Source: Candidatus Nanohalarchaeota archaeon QJJ-9
GTDB taxonomy: Archaea; Nanohalarchaeota; Nanosalinia; Nanosalinales; Nanoanaerosalinaceae
Assembly (NCBI GenBank): GCA_022865275.1
Contig: JALIDQ010000021.1
Location: 1 to 12,571, forward strand
Direction of reading: 5' to 3'
DNA: 12,571 nt
This document shows positions 7,117 through 12,571 of this stretch, in pieces. Position numbers and translations under genes: made by a program. A model generated the notes under the pieces. It made no database searches, was not told where the DNA came from, and saw only the letters and a program-made list of their open reading frames with translations. The number at the start of each line of letters is the position of its first letter. Position 1 is the stretch's first letter.

Positions 7117-8157
7117 ATGGAAGAAAGACCTTCAGTCAGTGAGAGCAGAGAGTACTGCATGGAAGCGATACAGGATGTTTCCAGGACCTTTGCTCTTGGC
7201 ATAAATAGGTTAAAAGGAGATATACAGGACTATATATGCGTCAGCTACCTTCTCTGTAGGATTCCTGATACTATAGAGGACGATAACCGGATAGAAGCGG
7301 ATAAGAAAGAGGATTTATTGAAAAAGTACGCGGATATAGTCGAAGAACCTAGCTATGGTGGAATAAACTCTTTTCTTGAGAAGGCAAGGCCTTATAGGAA
7401 GGATGGTGTTTACTGGGATCTTTTAAACAATACAGAGAAGGTCTTTACCGCCTACAAAGAGTTTCCAAGCGATATAAAAGAGAATGTTAGCTCTCCTATC
7501 CAGGAGATGGTAGAAGGAATGAGCAGTATAGTCGAGAGGCACAAGGACGGTATAAGGCTGCAGGATATGGGGGAGTTCAAGGAGTATTGCCACTATGTTG
7601 CTGGAACCGTGGGAGAGTTACTTACAGGGATATTCAAGGAAGTGGAGGGGCTGAACCGAGAAACTGTAAAGGAGTTGGAGGAACATTCTGAGGGTTTTGG
7701 ACAGGCTTTGCAGTCTGTAAACATTATAAAGGATGTCTATCCAGATTTTCACGTGGAAAACAACGTTTACCTGCCTGAAGAGGTTTTAGAGGAGAACGGA
7801 AGTTCTCTGGAGGAGCTTGAAGAAGTTCTTGAAGAGGTTAAATCTCCTAGCCAGGGATTGAAGGATTCGATGGATGTTATGATAGACTATGCGACAATAA
7901 AGCTCGAAGATGCGGGGGAGTACATAGAAAATCTTCCTTTAGAGGCCATAAACGCGCGTGACTTCACTATAGTCCCCTACCTGCTTGCTCTAGGGACTTT
8001 GAGGGAGGCAAGGAACAACATGGATGTTTTCAGGCAAGAAGATGTGAAGATAGGCAAGAGCGAGGTTTTCAGGATTCTCGGAACTGTAGATAAAGCGGTA
8101 GAGAGCAACGAGGAGTTTGAAAAGATTGCTGGAGAAGTGAAAAGAGGAGATATATAA
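7117..8157 (+). CDS. squalene/phytoene synthase family (head-to-head trans-isoprenyl diphosphate synthase) protein
   Basis: First Asp-rich motif RIPDTIEDD. Diagnostic YCHYVAGTVGELL (the YxxxVAGxVG motif). GQALQSVNIIKDVYPD…NVYLPEE, corresponding to the GxAxQxxNIxRDVxED…RxYLP region of SQS/PSY enzymes. TATA attttataga about 26 nt upstream. Confidence 0.85.
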   Translation: MEERPSVSESREYCMEAIQDVSRTFALGINRLKGDIQDYICVSYLLCRIPDTIEDDNRIEADKKEDLLKKYADIVEEPSYGGINSFLEKARPYRKDGVYWDLLNNTEKVFTAYKEFPSDIKENVSSPIQEMVEGMSSIVERHKDGIRLQDMGEFKEYCHYVAGTVGELLTGIFKEVEGLNRETVKELEEHSEGFGQALQSVNIIKDVYPDFHVENNVYLPEEVLEENGSSLEELEEVLEEVKSPSQGLKDSMDVMIDYATIKLEDAGEYIENLPLEAINARDFTIVPYLLALGTLREARNNMDVFRQEDVKIGKSEVFRILGTVDKAVESNEEFEKIAGEVKRGDI

Positions 8158-8192
8158 TGCGGCCTCCGGGATTTGAACCCGGGTCGCCGGCT

Positions 8193-8328
8193 CTCTCCCT
8201 AATTCCGGAGCCCTTCGGACTTAGGAGTTATGGTTCCACTCTCACTCCGTTCGAGTCCACAAAGGATCCGAGCCGAAGGCGAGGATGGAACCATGGTTAC
8301 TTAGGAGGAAGGGTCCGCTCATAAGTGT
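8193..8328 (-). other. tRNA-Gly intron (~136 nt), unusually long for an archaeal tRNA intron
   Basis: Exon halves 8329..8366 and 8158..8192 join into a complete cloverleaf. Everything between is intron. It contains internal direct and inverted repeats (see the repeat feature at 8219..8307). Confidence 0.7.
8219..8307 (-). repeat. insertion-like module inside the tRNA intron: 9-bp direct repeats (CTCCTAAGT; 8299-8307 and 8219-8227) flanking a 71-nt segment with 9-bp inverted termini (ATGGTTCCA 8286-8294 / TGGAACCAT 8230-8238)
   Basis: Seen directly in the sequence. Removing one direct repeat plus the 71-nt core leaves a 56-nt intron. That intron folds as GAGC(GGA)CCCTTC-loop-GAAGGGCTC. The core contains a C(UUCG)G tetraloop and the palindromes CCATGG and GGATCC. 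Confidence 0.45.
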
Positions 8329-8394
8329 TGGAAGGCCGGAGTCTTAGCCAGCTGGACCAAGGCCGCATACTGGCTGTACCCAAATTCCGAACAA

Positions 8395-8412
8395 TTCTTT
8401 TTAACTGTTACC
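8395..8412 (-). promoter_or_regulatory. putative tRNA-Gly promoter (GGTAACAGTTAAAAAG on minus strand)
   Basis: AT-rich TATA-like element about 31-38 nt upstream of the mature tRNA 5' end. Same cAGTT-AAAAA motif. Confidence 0.4.
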
Positions 8413-8422
8413 CTATCCAGAA

Positions 8423-8478
8423 AAACCTAAAAAGGAAAAGGAATCAAAAACAGTTAAAGCATCTGGCTTCCTCAAGAC
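8423..8478 (-). terminator. T-rich tracts on minus strand (…CTGTTTTTGATTCCTTTTCCTTTTTAGGTTTTTCTGG) downstream of the 67-aa gene; archaeal-type terminator
   Basis: Multiple oligo-T runs between the stop (8482) and the tRNA promoter. Confidence 0.3.
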
Positions 8479-8481
8479 TAG

Positions 8482-8685
8482 CTAATCCTCAGAGGTCGGA
8501 CTTCTCTCTTTTTCTCTAAGCTTCCTTCGTGCCTGGTCTATACTATCTACAAGCTTGTCCACTGCTTCTTCAGGAAAGTCTACATAGCCTGCTTCGTCCC
8601 GTATAACTATGTTTCCATCCTTTAAACCTACTTCAAAGCTGTTCCATTTATTTTTTCCAGAATCAACTTCCTTTATAACTCGCAT
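8482..8685 (-). CDS. small hypothetical protein (67 aa, acidic/charged, soluble)
   Basis: ATG start. A TATA-like TTATAAGA lies about 30 nt upstream on its strand. T-rich tracts downstream of the stop look like an archaeal terminator. Composition is protein-like. No family recognised. Confidence 0.5.
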   Translation of the reverse strand: MRVIKEVDSGKNKWNSFEVGLKDGNIVIRDEAGYVDFPEEAVDKLVDSIDQARRKLREKERSPTSED

Positions 8686-8766
8686 GATTACCGAGAAAAG
8701 ATTCCAACTCCAGACTCTTATAACTTAGCAGGCTTTATATACGAGTATGGGAAATATTTCTCCAAG

Positions 8767-9288
8767 ATGCCAGAGAAACCATCCGATTCTACCTCCAAGC
8801 TGATGCTTTTAGGGGTCTTTTTTGTAGTAACTATTTTTTTCGGAGCTTCACAGTTTGTAATTATCCCAGGCGCGACTTCCAGAACTTCAATACCACTAGC
8901 AGCTGTAAACATTGTTATAGCGTTTCTGATAGGGTTTATACTGAATCAAGGGCTTAAAAATAGGCTCAAAAAGCCTTCAGAACATGCAAAAATCGGGGTT
9001 ATAGGTTCTCTAGGGATAACAGCGATCATGGTATTTCAGAAATACAAGGTGGAGATGCTGAAAAATATGGAACAGCTTATCTCAACTATATCCCATGTGC
9101 CGGGACAAACGCATTTCTACAACAAGCCTATCATAATGTTCGTAGCGTCTTTAACCGCTTTTACGATTCCCTTCCTGTACAGCTACAGTAGAAAGGCTGA
9201 AAGAACTAGCTACAAACTTCTGGCAAGCTATATAATTCCATTAGGAGCATACTTAGTCCCCTGGCTCCTTATCAACTATCTTGTATAG
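8767..9288 (+). CDS. hypothetical membrane protein (173 aa, 4-5 TM)
   Basis: Strongly hydrophobic helices. Alternative start at M13 (8803) is possible given the TATA position (ctttatata 8743-8751). No family recognised. Confidence 0.5.
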   Translation: MPEKPSDSTSKLMLLGVFFVVTIFFGASQFVIIPGATSRTSIPLAAVNIVIAFLIGFILNQGLKNRLKKPSEHAKIGVIGSLGITAIMVFQKYKVEMLKNMEQLISTISHVPGQTHFYNKPIIMFVASLTAFTIPFLYSYSRKAERTSYKLLASYIIPLGAYLVPWLLINYLV

Positions 9289-10021
9289 CAGTCAAGTTGT
9301 CTGAAGAAGGAACAGAGTAGCTGTAACTTTCGGATTTATCTATTTCCTCTAGCTCTTCCAAGAGCTTGTTAGTATCTTTATCTCTCATCTCGTTCTCTAC
9401 TTCTTCAAGAACCTTCCCAACCTGGTTTAGCTCTTTTTTAAGGTTTTTAATGCGGTAGTCCTGGACTGGAACGTCTAAACTGCTTAAATAGTCTTCAAAG
9501 TCCTCCTCAGAGCCATGATAGGAAAATTCAAACTTTCCTAGCGGTGTGTCTAGAACAGTATGGCTGACCGAGGAGAGTGGTTCAAAATCTCCGTTCCTGT
9601 ACTTCTCCATAAAGTTACGGTATTCGAGCTGAGCCCGATGATACGAGTCTTCCCCTGGTGTAAACATGTCTGCCTGCCCTTCGATAAGCGGTCTATAGGA
9701 CAAAAGCTCTTCCGTAGAAACGTCGTACTCCCGCCTTACCTCATCCTGCTTCATATGCGCGCCTATTTCATGGATTAGAGTAGAGTTCTCATACTCAGTT
9801 CCTAGATAGCTAGGATTAAATCCAGCAGAAGGTTTAGAACATTCAGAACAACTATCCGAGTTATCGAACTTGTAGTAGCCTTGAACCTGGTCAGGGATAT
9901 CGTAGTTGATCTCTATATCATCGATACTTTTGTCTATACCCATATAGCTTCGGATCGTATCGTACTTCTTCCTGATTCCTTCAACCTGGTCGACAGTAAC
10001 TCGGGTCATACCGGTAAGCAT
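9272..10021 (-). CDS. hypothetical highly acidic protein (249 aa) with HEIGAH (HExxxH) motif and C-terminal coiled-coil-like segment
   Basis: Long ORF with host codon usage. It overlaps the 3' end of the convergent gene by 17 nt. It has an LIHEIGAHM motif and a C-terminal NLKKELNQVGKVLEEVENEMRDKDTNKLLEELEEI segment. No confident family. Confidence 0.55.
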   Translation of the reverse strand: MLTGMTRVTVDQVEGIRKKYDTIRSYMGIDKSIDDIEINYDIPDQVQGYYKFDNSDSCSECSKPSAGFNPSYLGTEYENSTLIHEIGAHMKQDEVRREYDVSTEELLSYRPLIEGQADMFTPGEDSYHRAQLEYRNFMEKYRNGDFEPLSSVSHTVLDTPLGKFEFSYHGSEEDFEDYLSSLDVPVQDYRIKNLKKELNQVGKVLEEVENEMRDKDTNKLLEELEEIDKSESYSYSVPSSDNLTAIQDS

Positions 10022-10056
10022 TTAACACCTCAAAATTAAAAGTTTAACGAGGGCAT

Positions 10057-10557
10057 ATGACAGAGGAAGATACGGTAGGATACCTACTTACACTGTGTTT
10101 AGGGGTTATTCCTGTAACAGCCGCATCCTTCTTCCCGCTTGCATATCTTCCTATAACCTGGGCGATTTTTGGCAATTCTATAACTGTTCTATACCTTGTG
10201 ATCACTGCTTATGCGCTTATAGCAGGAGGAGTATCCTATATCATAATACAGAGGAAGAGCAAAGGATATAGGAAAAACCTCTTATCCGGAGTCGTAGGTT
10301 CTTCAGTGCTAGCTATAACCGCAAAGCTTTCAGAAGCTTCCAAAGACCTTATAATCGGGCTTATAAAGGATACTGCGGAAAATAGTCAGGGTGCGCTTTT
10401 TTCCCAGGAAGGTTCCTACAACCCTCTAGCAGGCTTTTTGATCGTATTCTTTCTTTTCAACCTGCCTATACTAGTCCGTTACAGGAAAGAGATCGTTAAG
10501 AGGCCAAAATATGTACTAGTCTATCTTCTACCGATAATAGTCTACTTCGCGGTCTAG
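10057..10557 (+). CDS. hypothetical membrane protein (166 aa, ~4 TM)
   Basis: Hydrophobic helices flank a short soluble loop. It is divergent from the 9272..10021 gene with only a 35-nt spacer. No family recognised. Confidence 0.5.
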   Translation: MTEEDTVGYLLTLCLGVIPVTAASFFPLAYLPITWAIFGNSITVLYLVITAYALIAGGVSYIIIQRKSKGYRKNLLSGVVGSSVLAITAKLSEASKDLIIGLIKDTAENSQGALFSQEGSYNPLAGFLIVFFLFNLPILVRYRKEIVKRPKYVLVYLLPIIVYFAV

Positions 10558-10577
10558 CAAGCAAACCGTCATGAATC

Positions 10578-10626
10578 CTAAACAGTTATTTTTAACTGAC
10601 TACCGACAGTTATTTCAAAACTGTCT
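10578..10626 (+). promoter_or_regulatory. putative SRP54 promoter region with two palindromes (CAGTTAttttTAACTG and GACAGTTatttcaaAACTGTC)
   Basis: ACAGTTATTT occurs twice. The second copy ends about 25 nt upstream of the ATG at 10646. The palindromic arrangement suggests a dimeric regulator site overlapping BRE/TATA. Confidence 0.35.
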
Positions 10627-10645
10627 ACGGAAAACGTGATTGTAT

Positions 10646-11956
10646 ATGGCGTTCGACAAGCTTAAGGAATCGATAAAAGATTTTGCAGGGAGAGGAGTAG
10701 CGGATAAGGAAGCAGTAAAGTCGCTTGTAAAGGATATACAGAGAGACCTGATGAAAGCGGATGTCGATATAGAGCTTGTAAAAGAGCTTACAGACCGTAT
10801 AAAAGAAAAAGCTCTTAAGGAAGACATTCCTCCCAATCTCACAAGGAAAGAGCATGTTCTGAACATAGTATACGACGAGCTCGCAGGCATTCTCGGCGAG
10901 GAGAAGAAAGAGGTCGAAGTACGTGAGAAAAACATACTTCTCCTGGGGCTTTTTGGAGCGGGAAAGACTACAACCGCTGCAAAGCTGGCTGACTTCTACA
11001 GGAAGAGAGGTATGAAAGTGGGGATGATCGCCGCAGATATTTACAGACCTGCCGCATACGAACAGCTGAAGCAGAACGCGGAAAAGGTTGACGCGGAGTT
11101 TTACGGAGACAAAGATGCGGAAAACGCGGCAGACCTGGTTAAACGCGGAAAGAAAGAGCTCTCGGACTGTGACATAATAATAGTAGACTCCGCTGGAAGG
11201 GATTCGATGGATAATGAGCTCAAGAAAGAGCTTAAGGAGATAGAAAAAGCGTTTCAACCGGATGAGAAGATTCTTGTAGTTCCTGCGGATATAGGACAGT
11301 CGGCAGGAGACCAGGCTTCGACTTTTAACAAAGCGGTGGACATAGACTCGGTTATAGTCACGAAGATGGATTCTTCAGCGAAAGGTGGAGGGGCTTTGAC
11401 CTCCTGCGCAAGGACTGACGCTGAAATCTCGTTCATAGGTACAGGAGAGAAGGTAGAAGATCTGGATGTCTATGATCCTGAAGAGTTTGTCTCCGAACTA
11501 CTTGGTGTTCCCGACCTTTCCTCGCTGTTAGAGAAGGCAGAAGAAGCTATAGACGAGGAAGAAGCGGAGAAGTTCATGGAAGGAGAATTTAACCTAAAAG
11601 ACTTCTACGGCCAGATGGAGAAGATGGCGAGCGAGGATATGTTCTCACAGCTTCTGGACAAGCTTCCTATACAGGGAGACCTTCCTGACAATGTTATGGA
11701 TATGCAGGAGGAGCAGGTAGAGAATTACCGCCATATAATGGATTCTATGACTGAGGAAGAGATGCAGGAGCCTAAGATAATCGATTCAAGCAGGGCGGAG
11801 AGAATCGCCCAAGGTTCTGGAACTTCTAAAAAAGACGTGAGGCAGATGATAAAGCAGTACCGCCAGGCGAAGAATATGATGGACAAGTTTTCAGGCGGAG
11901 GTATGAAACGTGGGGGCGGAAAGATGAAGCAGCTTATGAGGCAGATGGGTTTCTAG
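10646..11956 (+). CDS. srp54: signal recognition particle protein SRP54 (N, G and M domains)
   Basis: N-terminus MAFDKLKESIKDFAG aligns with archaeal SRP54 N-termini, so I take the ATG at 10646 rather than 10640. G1 GLFGAGKTTT. G2 ADIYRPAAYEQL. G3 VDSAGR. G4 TKMDSSAKGGGALS. M domain MDSMTEEEMQEPKIIDSSRAERIAQGSGTSKKDVRQMIKQYRQ. Confidence 0.9.
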   Translation: MAFDKLKESIKDFAGRGVADKEAVKSLVKDIQRDLMKADVDIELVKELTDRIKEKALKEDIPPNLTRKEHVLNIVYDELAGILGEEKKEVEVREKNILLLGLFGAGKTTTAAKLADFYRKRGMKVGMIAADIYRPAAYEQLKQNAEKVDAEFYGDKDAENAADLVKRGKKELSDCDIIIVDSAGRDSMDNELKKELKEIEKAFQPDEKILVVPADIGQSAGDQASTFNKAVDIDSVIVTKMDSSAKGGGALTSCARTDAEISFIGTGEKVEDLDVYDPEEFVSELLGVPDLSSLLEKAEEAIDEEEAEKFMEGEFNLKDFYGQMEKMASEDMFSQLLDKLPIQGDLPDNVMDMQEEQVENYRHIMDSMTEEEMQEPKIIDSSRAERIAQGSGTSKKDVRQMIKQYRQAKNMMDKFSGGGMKRGGGKMKQLMRQMGF

Positions 11957-12571
11957 GACGTCTCACTCTCAACCATAGCTTTAGAAATGTCTATAGACAT
12001 TCTTAACGTAGCTATTCCACCTATAACTAAAGGAAGGATAAACGTAGTGAAACGGAATAGTATAACCGCGGCAGAACCCTCTGCAAAGCTTAGAGGTGTA
12101 AGAAAGTAGAGTAAACTTATCATAACAAGATCTATGCTACCTATCCCGCCTGGAAGAGGTAGATACGAGGCTACCATGGAAACAGGTAGTATAAACATTA
12201 TCGCAGCGAACGACGGAACCCCGTTTACCGCTACAGAGAAAGAGTATAGGGAAAGCATTCCAAGGAAAAGAGCGAAAAAAGCAGTTCCCATAACCTCTAT
12301 AACATCCTTCCTGCTTGAAAACACATCCTCCATAGCTGCATAGAAAGCCTCCAGCTTATCGACTACGTAACCCGGATCTAGCCTTTTCTGGAAAGATTTA
12401 AATATTTTTAAAGAATCTAAAAGCCTTTTTAACCTGCTAGTAAACCCTATAATGACTGATTCCGCTATCTCACGCCTAAACCACAGTAGTGAAAAAGCTG
12501 CAACAAGTAAAGTACAGAAAACAAGCAAAAGGACTGAAATAAGCCTCAAAAATCCATTCATAGGATAGAAG
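11953..12571 (-). CDS. flippase-like / UPF0104 (COG0392) membrane protein paralog; C-terminal ~205 aa only, N-terminus beyond window end
   Basis: The frame stays open beyond the first in-frame Met, at the window edge (…FYPMNGF…). It aligns to residues ~155 onwards of the 3366..4394 paralog (LLWFRREIAES vs LLWYRKDAVIG; SYLPLPGGIGSIDLVMISLLYF vs NYLPLPGGVGGVEFALISFLVA). Its stop overlaps the SRP54 stop (CTAG at 11953-11956). Confidence 0.65.
   Translation of the reverse strand, partial: FYPMNGFLRLISVLLLVFCTLLVAAFSLLWFRREIAESVIIGFTSRLKRLLDSLKIFKSFQKRLDPGYVVDKLEAFYAAMEDVFSSRKDVIEVMGTAFFALFLGMLSLYSFSVAVNGVPSFAAIMFILPVSMVASYLPLPGGIGSIDLVMISLLYFLTPLSFAEGSAAVILFRFTTFILPLVIGGIATLRMSIDISKAMVESETS

Larger units (their letters stand above)
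8158..8366 (-). tRNA. tRNA-Gly (anticodon UCC) with ~136-nt intron at canonical position 37/38; no encoded CCA
   Basis: My hand fold of the minus strand gives a 73-nt mature tRNA. Acceptor GCGGCCT/AGGCCGC with discriminator A. D-arm GTC-CAGCTGGCTAA-GAC. Anticodon stem CCGGC/GCCGG. Loop C-U-UCC-A|intron|A. 4-nt variable CGAC, typical of tRNA-Gly. T-arm CCGGG-TTCAAAT-CCCGG. The intron junctions form a canonical upper BHB: a 4-bp helix of C32U33U34C35 with GGAG, and 3-nt bulges CA^A and AG^A with cuts after the second nt. Confidence 0.75.

Noticed and set aside
6415-7202. Minus-strand ORFs 6415..6597 and 7005..7202
   Set aside because: Antisense to the stomatin and synthase genes. Short, with no promoter or start context.
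8193-8328. C/D-box sRNA embedded in the tRNA intron
   Set aside because: I could not find canonical C (RUGAUGA) or D (CUGA) boxes; only a weak UAUGAG near the 5' end. Not supported.
8325-8519. Plus-strand ORF 8325..8519 (64 aa)
   Set aside because: It overlaps the tRNA 5' exon, the tRNA promoter and the terminator of the 67-aa gene. It is basic and low-complexity. Not credible.
8718-8912. Minus-strand ORF 8718..8912
   Set aside because: It overlaps the promoter and N-terminus of the 173-aa membrane-protein gene and would leave no room for either promoter.
9560-9778. Plus-strand ORF 9560..9778
   Set aside because: Antisense inside the 249-aa acidic protein gene.
9272-10021. Zincin-type metalloprotease call for the 249-aa protein
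   Set aside because: The motif is HEIGAH, i.e. HExxxH, not the canonical HExxH. No third ligand motif is recognisable. Only flagged as speculative.
8367-10557. Integrated mobile element at the tRNA 5' flank
   Set aside because: No integrase or transposase gene is in the window. I found no downstream direct repeat of any tRNA segment. It is kept only as a low-level possibility inside the finding on the hypothetical block.
10615-11436. Minus-strand ORFs 10615..10935, 10625..11257 and 11254..11436
   Set aside because: All antisense to SRP54, which is unambiguous. The translations are S/F/L-rich artefacts.
11985-12000. Perfect 16-bp palindrome AATGTCTATAGACATT
   Set aside because: It lies inside the flippase-like paralog CDS, where it encodes …MSIDIS…. 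It is not at a gene boundary, so most likely coincidental rather than a regulatory site.
12134-12343. Plus-strand ORF 12134..12343
   Set aside because: Antisense to the flippase-like paralog.
1-12571. CRISPR arrays, rRNA genes, tandem repeats
   Set aside because: No regularly spaced direct repeats or rRNA-like conserved segments seen anywhere in the window.

Overview
The window reads as a gene-dense archaeal chromosomal segment. Codon usage is AGG/AGA-Arg and ATA-Ile rich and the proteins are K/E-rich. Promoters are AT-rich TATA-like elements about 25-35 nt upstream of starts, suggesting short leaders or leaderless transcripts. The one tRNA has no encoded CCA and carries an intron. GC looks mid-40s% by eye. 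I support 14 protein-coding genes and one tRNA.

Genes with a recognisable family:
- A 5'-truncated eukaryote-type TIP49/RuvB-like AAA+ ATPase.
- An ABC exporter pair (ATPase plus permease).
- Two paralogous flippase-like (UPF0104/COG0392, LPG-synthase-TM-like) membrane proteins. One is co-operonic with a large polytopic membrane protein; the other is truncated at the window end.
- A p-stomatin (SPFH/band 7) gene immediately followed by a squalene/phytoene-synthase-family gene.
- SRP54.

The remaining genes are small or membrane hypotheticals.

One tRNA-Gly(UCC) sits on the minus strand with an unusually long, roughly 136-nt intron at the canonical 37/38 position. The intron has a canonical upper bulge-helix-bulge (BHB) splice motif. 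It also contains a 71-nt module bounded by 9-bp direct repeats and 9-bp inverted repeats, which looks like a mini-insertion or structured RNA. Deleting the module leaves a tidy 56-nt hairpin intron.

A recurring promoter motif (c)AGTT-AAAAA lies upstream of the tRNA, TIP49, ABC operon and SRP54. A single shared TATA element sits midway between the divergent stomatin and membrane-protein genes.

No CRISPR array, rRNA gene, integrase or transposase is visible. Nothing here is proven to be a novel system. The strongest candidates for follow-up are the intron-embedded module and the stomatin / isoprenoid-synthase / flippase-like membrane cluster.
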